This document shows, piece after piece, positions 1-6,960 of a DNA stretch of 11,273 nt. Location: UHGV virus genome UHGV-1977856; one strand, written 5' to 3'. This stretch comes from a virus. Under the pieces are notes generated by a model. It worked only from the letters and a program-made list of their open reading frames with translations, was not told where the DNA came from and did no database searches. The translations under genes and the position numbers were made by a program. The number at the start of each line of letters is the position of its first letter. Position 1 is the stretch's first letter.

Positions 1-77
1 CAGACACCACTGACCGCGTCATTAATCACGCAATTCCGGCGAGAATGCGGCTATCTGCAAAGTTAAAACTGCATAAA

Positions 78-117
78 AAAATAGAGTCTGTCGACATCCG
101 CCAGACTCTACAGTACA
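78..117 (-). terminator. Rho-independent terminator-like hairpin oriented for the - strand
   Basis: Perfect inverted repeat tagagtctg...cagactcta with an A-run at 78-84 on + (a T-run 3' of the hairpin on the - strand). No T-run follows on the + strand. Lies in the presumed host flank left of the element. Confidence 0.4.
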
Positions 118-386
118 CACAGCAGTGCATCCGCGTCTTAAGTCCGGCATTGTCTCCTCTGCGCCGGTGACTGTGTTATAACGGTTTTAACCTTTAGTTG
201 CCAATTTTCTTCAGTGACAGATTTCACGAAAATATAAGTTACATTATTAATATCGTGATTTTATAAATTAGTGTTTTTTGCTGTTTCATAATGTGCCACG
301 TTGTTCATTATGTTTTTGATTTTTAAGCTCATTGCAATTTTTCTTGTTCCAACTTGTTCCACGTTGTACCCCCTTGTGCAATGATC

Positions 387-411
387 GGTGTAGTTAATGG
401 TGTAGTTAATT
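387..411. repeat. Left terminal direct repeat ggtgtagttaatggtgtagttaatt (tandem 12-mer); candidate integrase arm-type site or att repeat
   Basis: Exact 25-bp match to 11026-11050; extends to 29 bp with one mismatch (ga[t/a]cggtg...). Ends immediately before the int start. Confidence 0.6.
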
Positions 412-1662
412 GTGATGACCGGATTCAAAATTATGAGCAGAGCACTTAACAAACTGAGCGATACACAGCTAAGAAAAATCAACGGCACACCAGCCCCAAA
501 AACCACATTTCTTAATGACGGTGGAAACCTGAGCGTCAGGCATTCCACCAGCGGCTTGTTAACCTGGTATTTCACCTACAGGGCAGGAGCTGGACGCCAG
601 GTATCACCGGAACGCCTGAAGCTGGGAAATTATCCTGATCTGAGCCTGAAAGCAGCCAGGGAAAAAGCGGCACAGTGTCGCGCATGGCTGGCAGAAGGAA
701 AAAATCCACGCCATGAGCTTAATTACTCCATACAGGAAGCACTAAAGCCGGTAACGGTGGGTGATGCGATCAGCTACTGGCTGGAAATGCACGTAAAGGA
801 AAACCGTGTCGATTACGTATGCCTGAAAAGCCGCCTGAATAATCACGTCATACAGCATATTGGCAATATGCCACTGGATAAATGCGAGTTACGTCACTGG
901 CTGGCCTGTTTTGACCGGATACGCAAAAAATCCCCTGTAACGTCTGGTCACATGATGCAGGCGTGTAAACAGGCGCTTAAGTTCTGCCGTAAACGTCGCT
1001 ACGCAGTCAGTAACGTTCTGGATGATCTTAACGTGGTGGACGTTGGCAAAAAACCAGGCATAAGCGAACGCGTGCTGAGCAACAAAGAACTTGGCGAATT
1101 ATTACAGGCGCTGGATAAAAAAATATTCCCGCCCTACTACAGCGCACTAATCCGCCTCCTGATTGTGTTCGGCTGCCGAACCGGAGAACTGAGATTATCG
1201 GAGATCAGGGAGTGGGATTTTAAGGAAATGCTCTGGACAGTACCGAAAGAGCACAGCAAAACGAAGGTCGCCATATTCAGGCCAATACCGGAAAGCATTT
1301 TACCGTTCGTCACGCAGCTGGTGGAGCAGAACAGACACACAGGGCTATTACTCGGGGAACTGAAACAGGAAGCCAGTGTGTCGCAATACGGCAGATTCAT
1401 GCACAAAAAATTAAACCATCCGCACTGGTCACTACACGATATACGGCGCACGTTTACCACGATGCTGAACGATTTAGGCGTGGATCCGCATATTGTCGAA
1501 CAACTCACCGCTCACCAGATGCCAGGGATGCAGCGAGTCTATAACCACTCCCGTTATCTCGATGCGAAACGTAATGCGCTGGACATGTGGACAGAGCGGT
1601 TAGAGATACTGGCGGGTACTCACAAAAACGTAACCACACTGCCAATAGCCAGAGAAATATAA
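412..1662 (+). CDS. int: Tyrosine recombinase / integrase, P4-like family
   Basis: 416-aa ORF. N-terminal arm-binding-like region, and a C-terminal catalytic region (HWSLHDIRRTF ... HSRYLD) consistent with the tyrosine recombinase R..H..R..Y motifs. True start may be ATG 415 or ATG 433 (MSRALNKL...); no strong SD for any. Confidence 0.9.
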   Translation: MMTGFKIMSRALNKLSDTQLRKINGTPAPKTTFLNDGGNLSVRHSTSGLLTWYFTYRAGAGRQVSPERLKLGNYPDLSLKAAREKAAQCRAWLAEGKNPRHELNYSIQEALKPVTVGDAISYWLEMHVKENRVDYVCLKSRLNNHVIQHIGNMPLDKCELRHWLACFDRIRKKSPVTSGHMMQACKQALKFCRKRRYAVSNVLDDLNVVDVGKKPGISERVLSNKELGELLQALDKKIFPPYYSALIRLLIVFGCRTGELRLSEIREWDFKEMLWTVPKEHSKTKVAIFRPIPESILPFVTQLVEQNRHTGLLLGELKQEASVSQYGRFMHKKLNHPHWSLHDIRRTFTTMLNDLGVDPHIVEQLTAHQMPGMQRVYNHSRYLDAKRNALDMWTERLEILAGTHKNVTTLPIAREI

Positions 1663-1687
1663 TTTTTTTTGCGATTTTTTAGAACTG

Positions 1688-1745
1688 ACACAACGTGAAA
1701 CAACGAGACACCACGACGAACAACGGCGAACAATCTGGAACAAAC
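1688..1745 (+). promoter_or_regulatory. 10-bp-phased array of CAACG / GGAACAA motifs downstream of int
   Basis: cacaacgtga aacaacgaga caccacgacg aacaacggcg aacaatctgg aacaaac: core recurs at exactly 10-bp spacing about 6 times. The inverse motif (ccacgttgt, cttgttcc) occurs at 296-304, 343-350, 353-360 and 359-367 upstream of int. Confidence 0.45.
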
Positions 1746-2029
1746 TTGATTAACATCTGACTGACACCCTAAAAAGTTGATTTTCAGTCGTTTTACTGGC
1801 TTTTTGTACATTGGCGAATCACTCTTAAAAACATGTAAAAAAGGCGTAAAAACAGAATTTTATGCCTTTGCACCACAATGAATTAAAAGAGTTTTTATTC
1901 TCATTACCACACTTCTGTAAAATGACCGCCGCCAGTGTTTGCCATTCCATAAACACCCTGACACAATCCGACGCACCACAACACAATAGGACACCAAATA
2001 ACTCTTTAAGAAATATCAAAGGGGGAATT

Positions 2030-2218
2030 GTGTTAAGCACAGATCGCTTTATACGTGAAAAAGAATGTCAGCAACTTACAGGCCTGAGCCGTTCATGTCG
2101 GTACCGCCTGGAAAAAACCGGACAATTCCCATCACGGCGTAAGCTCGGCGGTCGTTCCGTTGGCTGGTCTTTATCCGAAGTTCTGGCATGGAAGGAAAGC
2201 TGTGAGGCAGTTCACTAA
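2030..2218 (+). CDS. alpA: AlpA-family (MerR-like HTH / excisionase-type) transcriptional regulator
   Basis: GTG start at 2030 preceded by SD aagggggaa. 62-aa product VLSTDRFIREKECQQLTGLSRSCRYRLEKTGQFPSRRKLGGRSVGWSLSEVLAWK resembles the AlpA pattern (..G.SR.T.Y......FP.....G.RSVGW...E...W). The N-terminal extension from 1862 in the ORF track looks non-protein-like. Confidence 0.7.
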   Translation: MLSTDRFIREKECQQLTGLSRSCRYRLEKTGQFPSRRKLGGRSVGWSLSEVLAWKESCEAVH

Positions 2219-2270
2219 TCAGGCTGGCGGCACACAGCCGCCACCCATCCACTAATACAGAGATCTAACC

Positions 2271-3461
2271 ATGAATACTGGATATTCTCCCGAACAAGGG
2301 CGGGGCTTCGTTCGTCCTGAAAAACAGAATCTGCAAAATTTTGCCGAAATTATTCCGGTTATTTCCGGCCTTACTGGCGGGAGTGAAACCAATATTGTTA
2401 ACGCCAGAGCGTTGCAGATGTTTGATGATAAAAAGGGAGTAAATTTAACTTACACCCCTGACGGCAATCAGAATATGAGCATTATCTCTGAGTCAGGTTT
2501 CTACAAACTAATAAAAACAAAAAGCGCCCCGTTGCCGGAGCGCCTTTGTGAACAATTAACCTACTGCGCAAAAAATGAATCTGAGCAGTGGGATTATATC
2601 AACCGTGTGGCGAAGCGCCACAATTGCCGGATAACAGGCAAAACAAAGGCCACCCGCTACGGTGGCCCCTCGACACAAGCTACACGTTATCCCCAACGCA
2701 TGAGCATCACCAACAATGCCACATTTGCGGCTGGTGGGCAATGTGATCAGTCAGATTTGGTTCGTTCCAAGGTTTGCAACGAGAGCTTTTTCCTGTGCTC
2801 TTTAAGGAATTTCTCAAGAGCAAAAGCACATGGCGCGAATCTTTCTGATTCATGCTCTATCTTTCTGCGCCGTCTTTTCCGTGCCGGTGATAATGTTTTG
2901 GTCAATTCTTTATCGGTCATTGTGTTGTCCTGCATAGCAATGCGCCGTAATACCTTACACCACGGCGCTGATGGTGATTACTCTGGTTCTTTGGTCTTGC
3001 GACGCTGGAGTTCTTCGCGTGCAACGGTGACAAGCTGCCCGATTTCTTCCGCTGCTTTGATGCCGATTTGTTCGACCTTAGCCAGGGCATCCAGTGACGA
3101 CACAAGGGGATTTTCTCCGCTGCCTTCTGCTTGGCGGCGGGCTATTTCTCCGCGCATGGCGGTTACGATAAATCCGGCATTGCTTTCGCCGTCCAGCTTA
3201 ACGGATTCCATCCCTTGCATAACATCTAGTGGGACTCTGACAGTTGTCAGTTGTGATTTTGCGTTTTTGTTAGCCGTTGCCATTTCTGAAACTCCTAATC
3301 ATCGGTGTGTTTCAGTATACACAAAAAAAGAAATACAAAAAGCCTTGACGTGTGTTTCATGCGCTCATAACATGAAACACACCAAAAGAATTGTTGAAAT
3401 ACAAAGAGCAACGCCCCGCAGTGCCGGAAACACATACGGGGCGTCTAACCACCAACGATAG
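2271..3461 (+). CDS. Uncertain ORF: only the N-terminal ~130 codons look protein-like (weak BRO-N/KilA-N-like ESGFYKLI motif); possible pseudogene or read-through artefact
   Basis: Residues after about 2700 are Ser/Cys/Arg-rich low-complexity and lie exactly antisense to two better-supported - strand genes (2747-2920, 2978-3283). No in-frame stop until 3461. Confidence 0.25.
   Translation: MNTGYSPEQGRGFVRPEKQNLQNFAEIIPVISGLTGGSETNIVNARALQMFDDKKGVNLTYTPDGNQNMSIISESGFYKLIKTKSAPLPERLCEQLTYCAKNESEQWDYINRVAKRHNCRITGKTKATRYGGPSTQATRYPQRMSITNNATFAAGGQCDQSDLVRSKVCNESFFLCSLRNFSRAKAHGANLSDSCSIFLRRLFRAGDNVLVNSLSVIVLSCIAMRRNTLHHGADGDYSGSLVLRRWSSSRATVTSCPISSAALMPICSTLARASSDDTRGFSPLPSAWRRAISPRMAVTINPALLSPSSLTDSIPCITSSGTLTVVSCDFAFLLAVAISETPNHRCVSVYTKKEIQKALTCVSCAHNMKHTKRIVEIQRATPRSAGNTYGASNHQR
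2747..2920 (-). CDS. Small basic hypothetical protein (57 aa, MTDKELTKTLSPARKRRRRKIEHE...)
   Basis: Start taken at the internal ATG 2920, which has an SD (AGGA, 7-nt spacing); the ORF-track start 2935 lacks one. Lies downstream of, and co-oriented with, the RHH gene. Confidence 0.45.
   Translation of the reverse strand: MTDKELTKTLSPARKRRRRKIEHESERFAPCAFALEKFLKEHRKKLSLQTLERTKSD
2978..3283 (-). CDS. Ribbon-helix-helix (CopG/Arc-like) DNA-binding protein; candidate repressor of the element
   Basis: 101 aa with a good SD (ttaGGAGtttcagaaATG). N-terminus fits the RHH fold pattern: beta-strand TTVRVP, helix LDVMQGMESVKL, turn DGESNAG, helix FIVTAMRGEIARRQ. Sits divergent to the rightward operon, next to an inverted-repeat operator. 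Confidence 0.6.
   Translation of the reverse strand: MATANKNAKSQLTTVRVPLDVMQGMESVKLDGESNAGFIVTAMRGEIARRQAEGSGENPLVSSLDALAKVEQIGIKAAEEIGQLVTVAREELQRRKTKEPE
3304..3385. promoter_or_regulatory. Divergent promoter/operator region: rightward sigma70-like promoter overlapped by an 11-bp inverted repeat, plus a third half-site near the RHH gene start
   Basis: TTGACG (3345-3350), 17-bp spacer, TAACAT (3368-3373). Inverted repeat tgtgtttcatg (3351-3361) / catgaaacaca (3371-3381). A further tgtgtttca copy lies at 3307-3315. A leftward -10-like TATACT is the reverse complement of 3316-3321. Confidence 0.55.
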
Positions 3462-3480
3462 CAAGATTATCGAGGCTGCT

Positions 3481-3687
3481 ATGAGAAATCATACCATACA
3501 CCCGCAAGGGCGGGACTCGCACAACCTGAATAAATACATCTGGCGTTTTATCGCCCTGAGTACGGTACAACCGCGCGTGATTACCATTGAGGCCACCAGC
3601 GAACAGGAAGCCCGTCAGCAATCACCGGCTGGCTGCGTGATGGTATTCGCCGCCCGTATTCGTCAGGGGGTGCACCATGTGCAATAA
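3481..3687 (+). CDS. Small hypothetical protein (68 aa); tentatively recalls Icd-like small proteins of P4-type elements
   Basis: ATG 3481 has an SD (cGAGGctgctATG); the ORF-track start 3391 is a TTG without SD. Product MRNHTIHPQGRDSHNLNKYIWRFIALS...ITIEATSEQEARQQ... The family resemblance is from memory only. Its stop overlaps the next gene's start. Confidence 0.5.
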   Translation: MRNHTIHPQGRDSHNLNKYIWRFIALSTVQPRVITIEATSEQEARQQSPAGCVMVFAARIRQGVHHVQ

Positions 3688-3916
3688 CACCCGTCCGGAC
3701 GCAGCCGCCGAAGCAATCAAAACACTGATTGATGCGCTGATTGATATTTCATGCACGGCAGCAACCGCAGAAAAACACATTACCAGAGAGACGGAATATA
3801 CAGGGGCAATAATCCCCCATTCGCTGGCATACGCACAGATTACCGCTGATATGGCACTGAATGAGGCTAAAGCCATCCTGATTGCTGATTGTGAAAATGG
3901 GGGGGGTTATGCGTGA
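3677..3916 (+). CDS. Hypothetical small protein (79 aa)
   Basis: ATG overlaps the upstream stop (cATGTGCAATAA), indicating translational coupling in the operon. No recognisable domain. Confidence 0.5.
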   Translation: MCNNTRPDAAAEAIKTLIDALIDISCTAATAEKHITRETEYTGAIIPHSLAYAQITADMALNEAKAILIADCENGGGYA

Positions 3917-4142
3917 TGATCGTTTTAATGCCCTGAAACAGGAATTTGATGGCGCACCGGAAGATACAGATATTGCGCTGTTATGTGTTGCTGACATGGT
4001 AAAAGCTGCATGTTTTTTACTGGAAACCGCCGAACATTCAGGAACGGGTAGCGATATTCTCAATATTGCGTCGGACTATGCGGAATATGTGGCAGAGGCA
4101 CGTTACAGAAGAAAATTACCGGAGGATGTAAGCCATGCATAA
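3909..4142 (+). CDS. Hypothetical small acidic protein (about 77 aa)
   Basis: ATG 3909 is preceded by a G-run SD and overlaps the upstream stop. The ORF-track start 3882 is TTG. No recognisable domain. Confidence 0.45.
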   Translation: MRDDRFNALKQEFDGAPEDTDIALLCVADMVKAACFLLETAEHSGTGSDILNIASDYAEYVAEARYRRKLPEDVSHA

Positions 4143-4335
4143 TCATGAATCGCACTTACCTGTCGTGCTGAATGTGCCGTCAGATTATACGGGGCGCGTT
4201 TTGATATTCCTGGATAAAGGGAAAGTGAAATCACAATGCCGTCTTAGAAATAATGAGGTTGTTGGTTCTCTGGCTTTTTTTTCTGAAGCCTGTATTCGTA
4301 CCGGAATAAAACCGGAATCACTGACAGGAAAATAA
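4135..4335 (+). CDS. Hypothetical small protein (66 aa)
   Basis: SD ccGGAGGatgtaagccATG; start overlaps the upstream stop by 8 nt. Confidence 0.5.
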   Translation: MHNHESHLPVVLNVPSDYTGRVLIFLDKGKVKSQCRLRNNEVVGSLAFFSEACIRTGIKPESLTGK

Positions 4336-4339
4336 AACC

Positions 4340-4639
4340 ATGAAAAAGAAAATTTCTGGCTTTACTGCCAGCGGCCCCGCTCGGCCTGAAATCCGCCCCG
4401 GCGATATTTTCCGGGATAACTACGGCGGCACGGTAACGATTAAAAGCGTGGCGGGACGGTGCGTTACTTACCGCCGTGATGGGTACGGTTATGACTGCGT
4501 GATGCCTGTTTATCAGTTCCGGCGTGATTTTTCGCTGGTACAGGCCACACCACGCAGACAGCCCACCAGCAACGCAAAGGCACGGGCAAATATTCAGAAA
4601 ATGAAAAACATGATTAACGCATTCAGGGGCACAAAATGA
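4340..4639 (+). CDS. Hypothetical small protein (99 aa)
   Basis: SD acAGGAAaataaaaccATG; its stop overlaps the rep start (ATGA). Confidence 0.5.
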   Translation: MKKKISGFTASGPARPEIRPGDIFRDNYGGTVTIKSVAGRCVTYRRDGYGYDCVMPVYQFRRDFSLVQATPRRQPTSNAKARANIQKMKNMINAFRGTK

Positions 4640-6051
4640 AATTGGCACCGAACTTAAAAAAACAGCCACACGACAAAATGACCGAAGTCATTATTTTTGC
4701 GGGTAGTGATGCCTGGGCGCACGCGAAACAATGGCAGGAACAGGACGGGCGACTTGCTGGCGACAACGTGCCACCTGTATGGCTTGGAGACAGCCAGCTT
4801 GACGAACTGGCAGACCTGAAAATCATCGATGATGGTCGCTATTGTGTCCGGCTGTACAAGGCAGGCCACATCAAGCCGTCAAATATTAATGCCATCGGGC
4901 AAAAGCTGGCGGCGGCAGGTGTACGGGATGCGAATTATTACCCTGAGGGAATGCACAGCCAGAAGCTGGAGAACTGGCACGACTACCTGCAACGGATCCG
5001 CGAACAGACAGAGCGCGGGGAAATACTTACTGACGAGCAATACAGCCAGCGAAAAACCACGCTACCAATGAGCATTGGATCTGCAGGGTACGACACACAG
5101 CTTGATTATGTCGTTAAGGGCGTGATTCCGGCTAATTCATTGTGCAGCACATACGGCGCGAGCGGTTCCTATAAATCGTTCCTCGCGTGTTCCTGGGCGT
5201 GTCATGTTGCCACGGGTCGCCACTGGGGAGGCCGCAGGGTGGCGCATGGTTCGGTGATGTATGTCGTCGGTGAAGGGGGGATAGGTGTCCCCCGTCGTAT
5301 CAAGGCATGGGAAATCGTTAATGATGAACGGGTGGAAAATCTGTACCTGGTAAACCGCCCGATTTTTCCGGCAGTCCCGCTTGATGTCGATGAAATGGTC
5401 ATCGCTTCCCGCCAGGTTGAACGGGAAACGGGTAAACCGGTACGCATGATTATTCTGGATACGCTGGCGCGTTGCTTTGGCGGTAATGATGAAAATGACG
5501 CGCGGGATATGGGGGCGTTTATCCGTGGATGTGACGAACTGAAACGACGCACAGGGGCCACAGTGCTGGTGGTTCACCATTCCGGCAAGGATGAAACAAA
5601 GGGGGCGCGTGGTTCCAGTGCATTTCGTGCATCTCTGGACGCTGAATACCGTATTCGCCGTGAAGGTGCAGACAGTGAAGCCCTGGTTATCTCCTGCACC
5701 AAAATGAAGGACGCGGAGGAACTGAAAGAGGCTGCATACGATTTACGTGTGGTGGAGCTTTTTACCGACACTGACGGGGAGTTAATCACGTCGCTGGTGG
5801 TTGTGGATAAACCGCGCCCACCCGTTGAACTGGAGCGCATCGAGGAAGCCGGGAACAAGACGGAGAATCATGCCGCGCTATGGGGCTGTATCCGTTCACG
5901 CACACAGCGCGGCGATAAATGCACAATTCCGTTGTTGCGTGATGATATGAAAAAGCTGGGGTATGAGATGAAACACTTCCGGCGCTGGCTGTACAAGCTG
6001 GAAGGTGATGGCGTTATTGCTATTGACGGTGATGACGTGTGCCCACTGTAA
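4636..6051 (+). CDS. Replication initiator / helicase with RecA-like (AAA_25, RepA-like) ATPase domain; N-terminal ~160 aa of unknown function
   Basis: 471 aa. P-loop-like GASGSYKS, Walker B-like MIILDTLARCFGG, and a VVHHSGKD motif typical of RepA-like helicases. Followed directly by an iteron array. No primase motifs recognised by eye. Confidence 0.8.
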   Translation: MKLAPNLKKQPHDKMTEVIIFAGSDAWAHAKQWQEQDGRLAGDNVPPVWLGDSQLDELADLKIIDDGRYCVRLYKAGHIKPSNINAIGQKLAAAGVRDANYYPEGMHSQKLENWHDYLQRIREQTERGEILTDEQYSQRKTTLPMSIGSAGYDTQLDYVVKGVIPANSLCSTYGASGSYKSFLACSWACHVATGRHWGGRRVAHGSVMYVVGEGGIGVPRRIKAWEIVNDERVENLYLVNRPIFPAVPLDVDEMVIASRQVERETGKPVRMIILDTLARCFGGNDENDARDMGAFIRGCDELKRRTGATVLVVHHSGKDETKGARGSSAFRASLDAEYRIRREGADSEALVISCTKMKDAEELKEAAYDLRVVELFTDTDGELITSLVVVDKPRPPVELERIEEAGNKTENHAALWGCIRSRTQRGDKCTIPLLRDDMKKLGYEMKHFRRWLYKLEGDGVIAIDGDDVCPL

Positions 6052-6245
6052 AAAGTGGGTAGTAAAAGTGGGGAGTGTGGGGAATTTAACAAAATTGAAA
6101 CGCGATTCCCCACTTTCCCACCTGTATATACCCCAAAAAGTGGGGAATAAAAATACATTGAAAAACATCACGTTAGAATCACAAAAAAAGAAGTGGGGAG
6201 ATGTTGGGTAATTTCAAAAAGTGGGTAGTAAAAGTGGGGAGCAGT
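6052..6245. repeat. Iteron-type replication origin
   Basis: AAGTGGG(G/T)A(G/A) recurs at 6053, 6066, 6077, 6138, 6191, 6219 and 6232, plus one inverted copy (ttccccactt, 6106-6115). A 24-bp block aaaagtgggtagtaaaagtggggag is duplicated at 6051-6075 and 6217-6241, bracketing an AT-rich core (6150-6190). Confidence 0.7.
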
Positions 6246-6250
6246 GAGGA

Positions 6251-6502
6251 ATGACCAGAAAAACCAGAGATAAGACAGCGCCAAAATATCTCGCATTAGA
6301 CATGACAGAGCACGCCTTAAAGGTGGCAATCAGAACGATAGACCGCCACGCTGGGGAAGGATACGCGAAAGCACATCCCGAACTGATAAGCGCATTCATG
6401 ACCACGACGGCGGCAAACTTTGCCACGCTGACAGAACGGGAGATTGCCGAAGCGGAACAGGTGACAACCATCAACGTTAAAACCGGAGAGCAGACAGCAT
6501 GA
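6251..6502 (+). CDS. Hypothetical protein (83 aa)
   Basis: Its stop overlaps the ssb start (ATGA); protein-like composition; no recognisable domain. Confidence 0.5.
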   Translation: MTRKTRDKTAPKYLALDMTEHALKVAIRTIDRHAGEGYAKAHPELISAFMTTTAANFATLTEREIAEAEQVTTINVKTGEQTA

Positions 6503-6921
6503 CAGCACAGATAGCGGCTTACGGGCGGCTGGTGGCTGACCCGCAGTTAAAGACCACCAGCAAAGGGACACAAATGGCGATGGCGAGTATGGCTGTTCCC
6601 CTTCCGTGTAGCCAGGCAGATGACGGAACGGCGACGATGTGGTTATCCGTCCTGGCGTTTGGCAGGCAGGCCGACGCACTGGCAAAGCACCACAAAGGCG
6701 AACTGGTGAGCGTGGCGGGTAACATGCAGGTAAGCCAGTGGACAGGCCAGAACGGCGAAACGCGGCAGGGCTGGCAGGTTATCGCAGACAGCGTAATCAG
6801 TGCCAGAACGGCGCGACCGGGCGGCAAAAAAGGCCAGCAGGGCCAGGCTACTGACGCACTGAACAGGGCAAAACAACAGGCGGGAAATGATGATCCGTAC
6901 GGGGATAACATACCGTTTTAA
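6499..6921 (+). CDS. ssb: Single-stranded DNA-binding protein (SSB family)
   Basis: 140 aa. OB-fold SSB pattern (YGRLVADPQLKTTSKG...MWLSVLAFGRQADALAKHHKGELVSVAGNMQVSQW...QGWQVIADSV), a Gly/Gln-rich linker, and an acidic C-terminal tail ending DDPYGDNIPF (compare the canonical DDDIPF). Confidence 0.8.
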   Translation: MTAQIAAYGRLVADPQLKTTSKGTQMAMASMAVPLPCSQADDGTATMWLSVLAFGRQADALAKHHKGELVSVAGNMQVSQWTGQNGETRQGWQVIADSVISARTARPGGKKGQQGQATDALNRAKQQAGNDDPYGDNIPF

Positions 6922-6935
6922 GCAACGAGTGACAG

Positions 6936-6960
6936 AAGCCGGAACAATCCGGCTTTTTTA
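6936..6960 (+). terminator. Rho-independent terminator after ssb
   Basis: Hairpin agccgg-aacaat-ccggct followed by tttttta, 15 nt after the ssb stop. Confidence 0.7.

Noticed and set aside
148-150. Small - strand ORF (about 42 codons, start ATG at 150, good SD) in the left flank, running through the terminator hairpin at 78-117
   Set aside because: The ORF is encoded largely by the hairpin and T-run sequence itself; more likely a terminator than a peptide gene. Too short to assess.
261-575. 104-aa - strand ORF overlapping the int start and upstream region
   Set aside because: Low-complexity translation, no SD, runs antisense into int and across the arm-type repeats; most likely non-coding.
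1137-1508. 123-aa - strand ORF inside int (similar cases inside int and just downstream at 1620-1811 and 1825-2040)
   Set aside because: Antisense to a well-supported gene or in intergenic DNA; Cys/Ser-rich translations; no SD.
1862-2029. N-terminal extension of the alpA ORF as given in the ORF track (start 1862)
   Set aside because: The extension translates to non-protein-like sequence, whereas GTG 2030 has a strong SD and yields a typical ~62-aa AlpA-size product.
4244-6171. Multiple - strand and alternative-frame ORFs inside the small-gene operon and rep (4244-4669, 4623-4826, 4654-4869, 4829-5071, 5137-5580, 5202-5561, 5574-5858, 5868-6158, 5896-6171)
   Set aside because: All overlap the rep gene or the coupled small genes in antisense or shifted frames; composition typical of shadow ORFs.
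6005-6211. 68-aa + ORF spanning the iteron region
   Set aside because: The reading frame is created by the iteron repeats themselves (repeated KVG/WG peptide); the region is better explained as an origin.
6214-6911. - strand ORFs antisense to orf83 and ssb (6214-6474, 6317-6685, 6519-6911, 6643-6876)
   Set aside because: Overlap the well-supported ssb gene; no SD; low-complexity translations.
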